DNA from: Rhodosorus marinus CCMP1338
Taxonomy: Eukaryota > Plantae > Rhodophyta
Direction of reading: 5' to 3'
DNA: 64,000 nt
Assembly (NCBI GenBank): GCA_029953675.1
Contig: JAMWBK010000003.1
Coordinates: forward strand, 1,984,001-2,048,000
Shown here: piece by piece, positions 11,474 through 24,041 of the stretch
Layout: each line of letters starts with the position of its first letter
Numbering within the stretch: the stretch's first letter is position 1
The notes under the pieces: model-generated
The model's input: only the letters and a program-made list of their open reading frames with translations
Databases searched by the model: none
What the model was told of the DNA's origin: nothing
Made by a program: the position numbers and the translations under genes

Positions 11474-13002
11474 CGAAAACCTGGTCAATGTGACCTGGTC
11501 AACAGAGCAGACAGAGAAAACCCTATGACAAGCTCTTCTCAAAAGTCTCAGAACTGCCTCAGAAGCCCTTGTTCTCGTTTGAAACGAGCTCCAGCCCTTT
11601 CCTCCTCAATCCTCAATTGACAACCGCCTCATCCGGATTCATCTGTTTTACAACTTCCAACCTTCGAAATGGATCACCAAACACTGTTTCAACAACTTCT
11701 GCTTTCCGAACTCTTCTGTTCGGTGCTCTCAGCCCAATCTCTACCTGAGGAGTTCCCGATTTCATTCACTCTCATTGGAATCAGCTACGCAACATTCTCC
11801 AGAATCGAGATCTCATTCTCAACGACCCCGCGCCATCCCCGAAACATCAACACCGGTCTGGAAGAGATCTGAAACCAGGGTATGCTCTCAGTGACATCAT
11901 GGGGGCAATTAGACACCAAAATGTTTGCTTTTTATGTTTTCTGATTCCATTGGTGTTGTGAAAGCCTGAGGCTTACTCCAAGACTTTCTCAAACCCAGAA
12001 TATCCTCTTAGACTATATTTCCCCTTCAACAGTTTCTGTGATTCGACGTGGATGCCCTCAGGTGTCGTTTCGGGACCATTTTTCGATGCTCAGCTTGCCG
12101 ATTTATTTCAATAGCAATGTTAAGAATTTTTGGTACGCTCCCTGTTTCTCTCATGGAGAATTTGCTACCGTTGCTTTCTGAACACGATAATCCAATGGCG
12201 AAATCTATCAACCGCGACTGGTATCTCCGAGCTAAGCACTCCGTTGATGAATGGAGAGGCTCTCTATGCCCACGATGAGGGCACTATGATATTCAAGTTG
12301 AGGGTGCGCTCTGTTGAGTTTTACGAAAACCCTCAAAAAATAATTGGGAGTCGATAGAAAAATCCAACCGCCAAACTCCGCGTGATATTCATCCTTGGGA
12401 GTCTAGTTGAGCAACATCCTGATATCGAACTTTGTCACTAATACTAGCCATACTGAAGATGTGCTGAATAGGGTATACAGAGCTCAACTGCACGGAGAGA
12501 GTTGCTATACTGGCTTTGAGCACTGCAATCCGTCAGCGAGTCCATCTCGCACACGGCGGTGGCTGGGATCGGAGGATGGAACGGATTCATCATCGTCTAG
12601 ACTGAGACAACATCCCGAAGAGGATGAAAACTAGGCCAAACCGAAAAGGCAGGTTAGTGGAGAGCTTGTTCATTTGGCTGATCACATGATGACGCGATCT
12701 CCAATGCAGTCCAAGTTGTCGATTCCGACAGCGGCACTGAAAAATCGCAGAAAGAGCATTATTCCGTTCGTAGCGAGTTCAGGGATACGTTCGGTCGTGT
12801 TCAGCTACAAGGTCGGAGTTTTGATTATGAGTTCGGCAAGTGAACCTATGCATGTAAGTATATTCGGATTCCAATAGCGAAGCCCTCAACACAAGATCGT
12901 CCAAGTTTTGATCCACGTGCTTGAGGCGTGCGGTACTAGTTAAATCCGTGTTCATTTAGACGACGACTCTAGCGTTCGCTGCTCTTGCCACATACTTGAA
13001 CG

Positions 13003-14200
13003 TCACTCTCTCACGAAATACTGAGCCGTAATCCTCCGAAACTGATCCGGGACTTCCAAGAATGGACAGTGGTCAGACTCGACCGCCATGTCATATGTAC
13101 AGTTGGTACCTGTCTCCTCCAAAGCCTTGTATAGCCTCTCAACAACCGGAGCGGGTGTTAGAGTATCCATATCCGCAGCAACAATATGTACGGGCATATC
13201 AAGGCGCTCCAGATGGTCAAGGAGAGGTCTTTTCACTACCGGTTTGTTCCACGACTCAAACTCAATGAGGTTCTTTATCGCGATGTCCCCTGACGGCGTT
13301 GGTCGACAATTCAGTTGCCAAGTCAGGTCTTTCAAACCGTTCTGCGTATATGGTCCTTCCCCGGGAAACTTGAGCTCGAACAACAAGTACCCCAAGAGTC
13401 CAAATCGCCTCCCCACCATCTATGCTCAAAGACAAATAGAACATATTCTGGAGGTTAGCATAACGCCCTCAGCAGTGTTAATGGCTTCCTGTTCTCACCT
13501 GAGGGGTCAACGTAAAGTAGATCCCCCGATAAAACGCAAGCTTTCGCTCGATCGCCGCGGGGGTGATAAGCATAAGTCTAGTTACCACTCCCGGATGTGT
13601 CCTCGCGAACTCATACGCCAAGTACGCACCAATGCTATGAGAAATAATGCTGAAATTCTCAAGTTGCAATTTCCTTCTCCAGTCATCAAACGACTCCAGA
13701 TAGAACAGAATACTGTCTTCCGACGTCCGACCTGTGTACAGAGGCCGTTCAGAACGACCCCAACCTAGTAGATCCATGCCGATCACATAGTAGCCCATAT
13801 CCACAAGGTCGGCAAAGTTCCTGTAGAACAAAGTACTGCTCATAGAATGTCCATGTATGAGCACAAGAGGTTGGTCGGCCGGATTTCCAGCGAAAACAGT
13901 CCGAATCTTGTACTTCTCGCATTGTATAAACTCCTGCCTCAGCTCGATACCCGACGCTTGCAAAACCTTCTGGTCTACTCGATCAACGTTTTCCTCACTA
14001 ACAGGCTTAACCACACGCCCAATCAATCGCTGCGCTTCGAGCAAGATCGCAAAATTCGAGGCGAGGCCGAGCATATTGAACGGCATGACGGCTTCCAGGC
14101 CCATTCGGACATTGGTCGTCCTCTTACACAGCACGCTACCCCCAAACGAGCGCCGGTGGCCCAGGAATGAGCGTGCGCTCACCCACCCCACAGACCCCAT
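13003..14200 (-). CDS. Alpha/beta hydrolase, ABHD4/ABHD5 (CGI-58)-like, copy 1
   Basis: Exon 1 from likely ATG 14200 to 13499, intron 13498-13420, exon 2 13419-13003. Motifs LIHGH, DLLGWGRSERP, SHSIG, SGDIAI and C-terminal DHCPFLE. Confidence 0.85.
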
Positions 14201-15389
14201 CGAAAACCCCAATCTCCAAGACCTGCCACCAGTGCCCACTGGGAGTATGGAGGACCACTTGTACTGTGGATCTCTCAATTTCTCGTGCACATCCGCACTT
14301 GGTCCCTGAGGAGAAGCTAACCGAAAATCCCACTTACCCAGGCAATATAATCCCACCGATGTTATCATAAACTAGAAGAATAGAGCAATGCAGCCATCGC
14401 AACCTTCACACTTGCTGGGATCAGGGGCCATGCAATTGCTGACACTCCTCTATCCCGGCGTATACGAAGAGCACGACAACACTCTGCTCATCATCAGACA
14501 CCTCTAACCTTTCGGAAAAGATCTGGCTTCTGCTTCAGGATCAGCATGAAACCATCGCCAACCAGGACGTCGATAGCCCTCCGAACCTCACTATTGCTTT
14601 TGCTATTGTCTGTTCTCCGTTCAGTTTTCTTTGCTTCCTTTGTGGACTGCACAATACATGAAGCGTTTTTTCTTAGTTTTTCTCTATTTCCACGCAGCTA
14701 CATGTTAGGTATATTTCTTTGATTACGGACAAAAGCTGACCCTATTTCTTAAGGTTGTGAGTGCATTACGTGTTCTTGTCCGTAATCAAGAAAAATGGCA
14801 AAATATCCAGCCAGAAATAGGTAAAAACTTAGGAAAAATGCCCTAGGCAGGCCCGCCCATCGGCCACAAAGTAAGTAAAAAAAAAAAAGGTGAAAGGGCA
14901 TTGAAAAAACAACTGGGAAAATAGCAAAAAAGGTTCCAACAAACATTGAATGTGATGCGTGACGCGATCCGAATGGTAGAAGATGATTCCTTTCCTGCTG
15001 GTGCTGCTGCACCTCAAGAAGTCCGTTAGTTTAGTTTGGTGAACAACGAATGTGTTGTGTCCCAGATATTTTATATCTAATTTCAATTCTTTTAATTGAC
15101 TGATGATCACAACTGAAACCCCCCTTACGTTGTTTTTTTGGGCCTAGAAACTTGTGTGGAAGATGGTGAGAGGGCCGGGTGACCATTTTCCATCCTGCAT
15201 TGTCGATTTGTCAATAATGATTGATTCTCAGTCTCTGTTTTCTGAACGGCGTTTCCATGAAGGAAATATATGTTGAGAGACTGAAAAACCAAGCACCGCA
15301 TTATGGTGGAAAAAGAAAAAGCCAAGAGTGCTAGGGAAGGAAAGGATTATGAAGCCTCGAACTTCAAGGAAGCCTTCATACGAAGTTAT

Positions 15390-15450
15390 TCGTTTCCCAG
15401 TTAACCACAACAGGACGCTCAACCGGGTAAACAGTGAAGAGAGCTGGTCG
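15390..15450 (-). mobile_element. Decayed 3' fragment of an RLE non-LTR retrotransposon
   Basis: Minus-strand translation ESPDQLSSLFTRLSVLLW resembles ERPDRLQSLFTRLSFLLW at the C-terminus of the RLE ORF at 22473..23345. Confidence 0.5.
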
Positions 15451-17491
15451 GGGCTCTCATGGACCACTTCGCAAAGCCAGAACGGGAACCAACACGGAAT
15501 CCAGGAAGCCGAAACAGTCTATTCCTATTGTAACGGCGGTGATTTGGTTAACTCTAAACAGAAGTTATAGAAAACACAACCTAAGTGTCTAAGAGCTTAA
15601 ATGGAGCCCTTTGGACAACATCTGATGAAGCTTCCTCATTCCAAGCTCGCCGGAGAGGTTCGACACGAACAGTTCCCCTTTAACCAAACCGCGTCGCACC
15701 AACCCCTTCTAAAGATTCGATGGTGAAGCTCACAGCAATACGCAATAGACAAACTTCACGTAACATTGCGTCTACTCACGCGTCCCAAGGATTTCAACTT
15801 TTGCCTTCACCGCAAATCTCTCTTTTCTTTTCTTCTATCTCTGCTCCCCTGCTATTTCTACCCTGTCTTGGGATATTATGGGCAAGTCCACTTGACAGTA
15901 AATATCGACTGTAATTCCAACTGCAAACCAGGGCAGCGGGGGAGGGCCACATAGCCGATGCTCGAAGTCCCGAGTTCTTGTAGCTCCCGGTGCGAAAAAC
16001 TTAAAACTCCATTCGAGAGTTGTCAATGTAGCTTGATGAATACCCAAGCATTCCCGTGTTCCGGCATTTCGGCACTGGTTTCCAACGTACACAAATCCTC
16101 CGTAGTTACAGAAACGCCAGTTTTTGATTGTTTTTAGCTCGGCTTCGCTATCAATAAGAGGGATGACAGCATTTTTCTTCAACTACCTATCCTTCACAAT
16201 CCTCCTAGCATCGGTTCCCTCCTCGGTTTACACCTGTCCCTATTTTCACATGCGCCCTCCCCTATACACACTGCTATATATGTCTTTGGGCTACGGAAAA
16301 TGTTCATTGACCTTTACTCCGCGCACTACTTTGCGAGGAACCTTAAAACCCTAGCGTGTAAAGTGATAATTCAACTTCGCAGGGTTTCTCTGTTAGTTTG
16401 TTTCTGAAATAGGTTTTTAGGTTTGCCAGGCCTGGCTTTTTTTTTTTTTTTGGGCTAGATGGTAACCGTGCTCCGAGACCAGCTAAGTGAGTGACTCGGT
16501 GCTAAGCTCGGTGGTCTTCGCGCGAGAGCGTCAATGACCATTGGAGCATCTCAAAACCAAAATACTCCAAATGTGATCAATGGACGCTTTCAGTTGAGGA
16601 CGTAGGTGCTGGAGTGCCGGTGAGGTGAGGAGTATCAGCTCGAACATTGCGTCAACTCGGGACCGTGATTCAAGACAATAAGAGCGATATTGTGCTCCAG
16701 AGGAGTACCAGACAAGTTTGCAGGGCAGGATATCAGTCTATTAGGCAGTTGAACATCGACGGCTGATTCGTAATTTCATCGATTACCCCGTCCGCGAGCA
16801 GGTCACCCTCGTGAAAGGCAATGTTGGTTCATCTGTACGGAAGAACCCTCACGATCTTATCTGTTTCCAGTACTTGACACTGTATGACATGTGAGTGTGT
16901 AGGAAAGCGTTGAAGATTCTTTATTGCAGAGGCTACAGGAGAATTCAAAGCATATTAATTGAATCCAGCGTAACCCCAGCTTATTCAGAGTGTAGCCAAC
17001 TCTTTGAACACTTAGCTTGTTCAATAGGCTCATCAACCAGGTCTCCAGGAGTTCATGCATGTCCGGATATTCCTCTAGGTCTAGAGTGTGCGGCCGGTGT
17101 CGAGAGCTCTGTCCTGGAGCACCATCAGATTGCTCAATCGTTTCGCTTCACCCGCCAGAAAGGCGGACTCTCAAGTTTACGAGCAGCTTGCACCCCACCC
17201 GGGTCAGCGATTTCTAGCACGGGCCCCTGTCAAGCACCTGGACTAGTGAGTGTCAATGAAGCTGGGAACTCAGCTTTCACGCACGCCTCACTCTTTCCGG
17301 GACACCTAGAACAAGGCCATCATAGCTTCTGTTCAACCAATAAAAGATAGGTTATCGAGACAAATTCTCTTCAGCTTGGCTTTTATTCTCGATTCTCAAA
17401 ACTCTACAGCTTTCTTCTGCGCAGTTACTCATGTAAGCAGAAGAGGAATAATTTTCTACAATAAATACTATATATAAATCACTCCCTGGAA

Positions 17492-18915
17492 TCATTTTCT
17501 CTCGAAGTACTGAGCGACGATTCCGTGAAACTGATCCGGAACCTCCAGGAACGGACAATGATCGGACCCGACAGCCACATCATATGTACAGTTTGTGCCC
17601 GTCTGCTCCAGAGCGTGGTGCAGCTTCTCCACAGTCTCCGCGGGTACAAGCGAATCCATGTCCGCGGACACGATATGCACGGGCATATCAAGACGCTCCA
17701 GAAGATCCAGAAGCGGTCGCTTGACTACCGGTTTGTTCCAAGACTCGAACTCGATCATATGCTTTATCGCAATATCCCCAGACGGCGTTGGCCGACAGTT
17801 AAGTTGCCAGGTTAGGTCTTTCAGCGAGTTTGCTGTGTACGGTTCCTCCTTTGGAAACTTCGCCTCGAACAACAAATAACCCAAGAGTCCCAAGCGCCTC
17901 GCTACCGCCTAATTTTCGATTAGAAAAGAAACGCAAAGCTCGTACGTCAGCAAAAGCAAGGAATCAGGAGATGTCCTTCCGAGGTATCCAAGTCGTTAAT
18001 TCTCACCTGTGGAGTAAGCGTAAAGTAGAGTCCACGCAGAAACGCGAGTTTCCGCTCGATGGCGGCGGGGGTGATAAGCATGAGCCTATTCACTGCCCCA
18101 GGGTGTGTCCTTACGAACTCATGAGCCAGGTAAGCCCCAATGCTGTGCGCAATAACGCTGAAATTCTCCAGATGCAAAGTCTTCCGCCACTCATTGAACG
18201 ATTCCAGATAGAAATGAATACTGTCTTCAAGCGTCTCCCCGGTGTAGAGAGGTCGCTCGGATCGACCCCAGCCCAGCAAATCCAACCCTATCACATAGTA
18301 GCGCATATCCACAAGGTCCGCAAAGTTCTTGTAGAAGAAAGTGCTGCTCATAGAATGCCCATGGATGAGTACCAGGGGCGGGTCTTCCGGGTTTCCCGCA
18401 AACACTGTGCGAATCTTGTACTCCCCGCACTTCACATACTCGTGACGCAATTCGATACTTGAGGCTTCAAGCACCTTTTGGTCGACTCGATCCACATGCT
18501 CCTCACTAATAGGCTTGATCAAACACCCCAGCAAACGCTGCGCCTCGAAAAAGATCACCAAGTTCGACGCAACTCGAAGAGCTTTGAACGCCGCTCCCAC
18601 AAGCCACATCATTTTTCCCAAACTCTCAAAGACAACGTCCTTCAATAAAGATAAGTCGCAGCAAAGCACACGTGTCTCTACTAGGCACAACCAACCCACC
18701 CCCACCTCAACACAAACCACCCCCAAACCCCGAGCTTGCCCACTTCGCTCACCAAAGCTCACCGCTATATATAAGTATCCATTCCTACCACCTGGAAAAT
18801 ACCATATCAAACACTGCCCCGGCTCTAAGCTGCTGGCCAACACATTTCGTTCATTCGGAAGCCCTCCGGGGCGGGGTTGTGATGGGAATTCTGCCCCACG
18901 ACAGATGCTTAGCAT
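17492..18915 (-). CDS. Alpha/beta hydrolase, ABHD4/ABHD5-like, copy 2 (tandem paralog)
   Basis: Same motifs as copy 1 (DLLGWGRSERP, AHSIG, DHCPFLE) and the same intron position (18006-17909). Start codon uncertain (ATG at 18915 or 18612). Confidence 0.85.
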
Positions 18916-19784
18916 CTCCGAATTTGTGAGAAAAAGACTTGGGGATGTGAGTAGGACCGAAATTCTGCCTCAAACCTCCTCCACCCGCGCCCTAGACCCC
19001 GCAACACCCTTTGTCCCGCTTGTGTCCCGGGCAGGTGGGACAGTCCCGGGGCAGCACACGCGGGTCACGTCAGCGTGTACTCGTCCGTTTCAAAATTAGA
19101 GACAGCTGTCCATTAATTTGCTTCCCTTTTTATGTACTGGATGGGGCATTGAGCGCCAACCAATGGAGAGCGGTTATCGTGGATTCGAATATTTGTCGAA
19201 AGTATGAGAAAATACAATGAAAAAGGTGAAAAGAAGATTCGAATGTAAGGTCGAGTTTATTTTACGGGACCTCAGTGGCCGAATAAGGTTTGAAGTTGGC
19301 CAATCACAGCGGATATAAATTCCTTAATTTGTTGGTAGAAATTTGTACCGATAGCTGTCAGCTTCCTTGATTTTTTGAGAATATTTTAGGAACCTTTTTA
19401 TGTTTTATATCCATGCATTTGAATTTTGAATTTATTCATGCTGGCTATCCAACCCTTTTCGTAGGTGGGTTCGTAGGGGGGGGGGGAGAGCGTGTTGGTG
19501 GGTGGGCCCAATGGATATGCAGAAATATCTAAGACATTGAAATTATCTCCAAATAGTCAAAAGATCCATGTTTTTCAGAGCTCACTGGCAAGAAAAAAGG
19601 GGGTTAGCACAAATAATAGTGTTAGTGGAGATCGTGACTAGTACTAACTGCGTTAGTACTTGGTCCTATCCACAACCTCTTCCAACTCCCTCGCCCTACC
19701 CCTCGCCCTGTCGTTTAGAGAAGCGCATAAGAGGCAAGTCTTTAATCACTTCTGTCGGGTTGGGAACCCCAGGAATAAGGTGGA

Positions 19785-20100
19785 ATAGGGTATGCTCTCT
19801 GGGAGCATAAGGCCAGCCCTCTCTGCCCCATACATATCGCGGAACTAATTTCAAGGTTTTGACCTAAAATGTGCCCTATCCTACAGCCAAATCGTCGACT
19901 CGAACCGGTGCGCGCAAAGCTTTGATGCCCTATATAGTCAGCTGGTATAATAGGGCACGCCCTTTGGGAGCATAAGGCCGGCCCTTTCTGCCCTATACAT
20001 ATCGCGGCACTAATTTCATGGTTTTGCCCTAAAATGTGCCCTATCCCCAGCCAGATCGTCGATTCCAACCGGCGGGCTCAAACTTTGATGCCCTATAGCA
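19785..20100. repeat. Two-copy ~164-bp tandem repeat rich in CCCTAT
   Basis: gggagcataaggcc at 19801 and 19966; tttgatgccctat at 19921 and 20084. The units are diverged but clearly alignable. Confidence 0.85.
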
Positions 20101-21285
20101 GGCCCTATGGTCCTATGCGAAGGTGTTCTTCCGTGCGAACACTCTACGAGCAGATGAGCAGTTGTCAAATAAATGGCATAGGGTTCGAGATACTAAGATC
20201 GCTTCTATTGGACGGTTAAGGGAGTAAGAACACTGAATATGGTCGAACAAGGGTGCTATGGCGGAGGTGTGGTTGGAGTACATCGGTCTGCGGTTTCGAA
20301 TCTGACGTTTTAGCTATTGTTTTAGCATGCACCCCTAGAAAAGGCTAAGAGCTCTTCGTGTTTAGAGAGCTGAGATGTACTGTGCTGGTTGAAGGCGTTC
20401 CTTGTTGCAGTCGGTGGTAACCAGGAGAGCTGAGTTCGAGAGCTTCCCCGTAGAAGCTGGCTGTGTCATCTTTTTCTTGTCGTGTTTATGTTTGGTTTGT
20501 GGCTTACCACACCCGTTACCACGTGTTGAGATCTTTTTTTTTCGCTCCTTTCTGTTGCGGAGCATGTCTTCTACTCCCACTTTTTGTCTTAGTTTTCATG
20601 CTCTCAGGCTTGTTGTCTGAATCATGAGGTTGTACTACTAGAGGTATGCTTTTTTATTGCATATTGACTTTCTACTCCCGTCCTTTGGTTCCTCGAATTG
20701 TTTCAGGACCTGTCCGATCTCCCATATTGCTTCCTTTGGCCTGTGCAAAACTTTGAGAAGCGGATGCGGACGGAGTGCTAAGCATATCTTCGCTTTCTCC
20801 CAGCTTCGCTTTCTCCTCTAAGATCGTGCCCGAGATATCAGGATCGAGGTGTGCAGAAGCATCGAATTCATCAACATCTTGTGGTACAGAATTTGTTTTC
20901 AAGTCTTCCTTTTCTGCTTCCGTTCAGGGAGCCAGTGAAACCGTTGTTTGCCCGGTTCGCATTGATTCTACCTCAAAGTTGCAATCGTGTATGCAGTCGA
21001 ATGTTCAACATCATCCGTTTATTCAGAGCCTAAGTACGCCGAGGAAAGGCGAGTGTTCCGTGAATTTCTGCTCAAAACATTTCCCAAGCTCTTCCGGAAA
21101 CAAGTAGGCCTCATAGATTATGTACAGTATTGCGCATTTTCATTTAATAATTCATCATAGCGATAGGGTGACGTTTTGTTTTCATAATACGAATGTATTT
21201 AAAAATAGCCTATTTTATAAACAAAAACCACACAACCATTGGGCATGAATTAAAATATATAAATACATTATAGCGGACCACATAG

Positions 21286-21613
21286 GTGTGACTCCCCTTT
21301 CCCTTTCGCAGGACACCAATCCGGGTTGTTACTTTCACACTAAAACCCTCTAGCGTGGCCTGCTCTCTGAAACCCTTTCCTACGGGAATAGTTTTTGCAA
21401 ACCACCCCTCCCTTGTACAGTACAGCCCTTGCCGCTATGAACCGCACGCTGTGGAGAGGCTATGCCTTGGTTGCCCTCAATAGCCGAGAGAGCGCTACCA
21501 GTACTAGGTAGTTGGTGATTATTCCGGTAGTCGTCACATATTTGTGATTCCCCTTTCCCTTTCGTAGGACACGGATCCGGGGCTGTTAGTTTAACAGTAA
21601 ACCCTATAGCGTG
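21286..21613. repeat. ~70-bp imperfect direct repeat, period ~256 bp
   Basis: gtga(c/t)tcccctttccctttcg(c/t)aggacac...aaaaccct(c/a)tagcgtg at about 21286-21357 and 21542-21613. Confidence 0.8.
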
Positions 21614-21822
21614 AAAAACGGCCCTATGGTCTTACGAAAATGGTTCAGAATCGAGGGGTACCCCTCGAATTTTTTTCCTTATGGCCGTGCCATATCGAAA
21701 CCTACATAGGGTTGGCACTATGGCCCTATGCAAGCCCTATGGCCGTATGCCTCGATTAGCGTCGAAGAGCCTGGAAGGGTTTTCTTCGACACATCCTCTC
21801 ACAGAGAGCAGGGGCAGGGTAT

Positions 21823-21976
21823 CTTTCGCAACGAACTACGGCGTCTAGATAGTCTGCTCCCGGAGCTTTCTTTGACCCTGTGGCGCTCAAATGCTTTGTT
21901 TGTAGACGCGCGTCATCAGCGTCTTGTATCTCGCTTTTCAGGGTAGTTAGCCTATGAATAAACGTGATGATGATGA
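21823..21976 (+). mobile_element. 3' terminal fragment of an RLE non-LTR element
   Basis: Matches the family 3' end (gagctttctttgaccctgtggcgctc...tcagggtagttagcc..gaataaac), followed by tgatgatgatga. Confidence 0.85.
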
Positions 21977-21977
21977 G

Positions 21978-22128
21978 CAGGGTTGTTCCAAGTGGGTCGG
22001 GTCTCTGCCTAGTGGGCTGGGTTTTTCGCTGTTTACGACCCACCCACCCTCTTAAACCCCTGATTTTTGCGGGTTTAACCACTTCTGGGTCGTAAACAGC
22101 AAAACGCGACCCACTTGGAACAACCCTA
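21978..22128. mobile_element. MITE-like element, 151 bp, 21-bp perfect TIR, hAT-like (C/T)AGGG ends
   Basis: agggttgttccaagtgggtcg (21979-21999) is the exact reverse complement of cgacccacttggaacaaccct (22107-22127). Inner 15-bp inverted repeat at 22028-22042 and 22086-22100. No clear TSD. Confidence 0.7.
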
Positions 22129-22484
22129 CTGAGAGGGTAGCCTAACTACCTAACTACCCTGAGACCCTGAGACTCTCACGGCAGTTAGGCTCTGAATAAA
22201 CGGATCATCATACTCATAGACTATGGTAGTGAATTTCAGTTGAATAATTCATTAAATAGGTAGGGTTGTGATTTTTCTTCGTAATACGAATATATTTCGA
22301 AATACCCTATTTTAGAAACAACAAGCGTACAATAGTACGGTTGTTATAGGGGGGCATGAATTAAAAAAAAATAGCTACCTCAAGGGCAATGAAATGTAAC
22401 CAGCTTGGGTAGGAAATATCTCGATCGCCAGACTACGAAGCGATTAAAGAATACACGCGCAGATAACAACGGTTGGTGGTTGTT

Positions 22485-23404
22485 CAAGCACGCACGGATG
22501 CGCTGCAAAATATCCTTTCTTGGGACTTGCACCGTGCTGCATATGGCCGACTCCTCGCGCAGATGGTCTCATCTTCTCGCGCTCGCGCCCGCCTACGTAG
22601 TCTTGGAGGGGTTCTTAGCTCTCAGTGGCTCATGACCGTACCAGCCTTTCCGCCACTCACACTGTCGGATTTCGAAGTGCGTACTTCACTGCGCTTATAC
22701 CTCGGCTTACAGCAGCCCCCTTGGCCGTACGAGATGGGTTCGTCGTGCCCTCTCTGCTCTCAGACTGAAGACAACGCAGATTTTGGCGCCCACCTGCTCG
22801 CTAGTTGCCCGGCGGTGAAAGGTGCTCGGACCCGCCGCCACACACGGATCTTGAACCTGTTATACCGGGAACTTCGGCCTATAGTCCAGCAAGCCGGTCT
22901 GGAAATCGAACGTGAGAAACCTTTACCCGTCGCGGACTTTCAAAATGATGAACGCCGTGTAGCCGACCTGGTGATAACCTGTGACGACAGCCGCCGTACC
23001 ACATACGTTGATCTTGCTGTTCCCAACCCTCAAGCTAGTCGTTATCTCCCGGCTGCGGGAGAGCGCCGTGGATCTGCCGCCGCCAGCATGAGACGCCGCA
23101 AAGAGATCAAATACGCGGGGGCTTTGTCTTCCCCTGGTGTTCGTGCTTCGGCACTAGCACATCGCTTGGTACCCCTGATCATTGAGTGCTTTGGGTTCAT
23201 GGACTCTGTTGGTTCTCGCTGGCTTCGGGAGTTGTTCCGCGAACGCCCTGACCGTCTTCAATCGTTGTTTACCCGCTTAAGTTTCCTGCTGTGGCGCATG
23301 AATGCCGCTTTGATGTTGGAGGCGCGAGTACTTCGCCGCGCTTAGTCTTTTTTTCCCCTCGGGTTTTTTTTTTTTTTTTCAGCCTCCGATTAAACCATTC
23401 ATTC
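22485..23404 (+). mobile_element. 5'-truncated RLE non-LTR retrotransposon, family A, (CATT)n tail
   Basis: Uninterrupted ORF 22473..23345 with a CCHC knuckle (CPLC...HLLASC), RH, VADLV..VDL (PD-D-like RLE core), RKEIKY and VPLIIECFG. Ends in ATTAAA-CCATTCATTC. Flanked by an identical 176-bp direct repeat (22309-22484 and 23405-23580). Confidence 0.9.
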
Positions 23405-24041
23405 ATTTTAGAAACAACAAGCGTACAATAGTACGGTTGTTATAGGGGGGCATGAATTAAAAAAAAATAGCTACCTCAAGGGCAATGAAATGTAACCAGC
23501 TTGGGTAGGAAATATCTCGATCGCCAGACTACGAAGCGATTAAAGAATACACGCGCAGATAACAACGGTTGGTGGTTGTTAGGGGGTTTTGACGTTCTCC
23601 GGGGGTTGCGGAGGTGTTTCTCTTTTTCTTCGGGTGGGTTCGAGTGCGTTTTTGGCGGGGATTTCCCTTGGACTCAGAAGGTGCCTGGTGGTTGTGCCCT
23701 TCTACGGCGTTCTATCGCGGTCCCCCTCGCGATGGCCGTGTCGAGCACCCCACCGTTGTCGGTGGAACTCCGGCTTGGGCGATTTGGCACGCTCGCCGAG
23801 CTGCCAGGTTGCTCCAAGGCTACCTGCAGAGGCCCTAGTCATTCATATGCTCGCGCTGTTGCTGTTGCTGCTGAGGCCAACCGCCTCCCGGAGCTGACTT
23901 CCTCCCTTGCCGCCTTTGCCAATGCCCCGAGTCCCGGCTCGCGGTCGGCGGCGGTGGCTGTCCCACCTGCCCCTGTCCCACCTGTGCCCGTTCCATCTGG
24001 GACGATCGCTGCGGGGACAGCTGTCCTTGCCCCAGTGGTCC

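Noticed and set aside
16660-16740. Protein kinase fragment (RYCAPEEY)
   Set aside because: A single short motif with stops nearby and no DFG, HRD or glycine loop.
13088-19099. Long plus-strand ORFs (13088..13768, 13857..14309, 17830..18462, 18515..19099)
   Set aside because: Antisense shadows of the two hydrolase genes; no motifs.
19785-21740. Interstitial telomere array
   Set aside because: The CCCTAT hexamers are dispersed within longer units rather than tandem; kept only as a motif-cluster finding.
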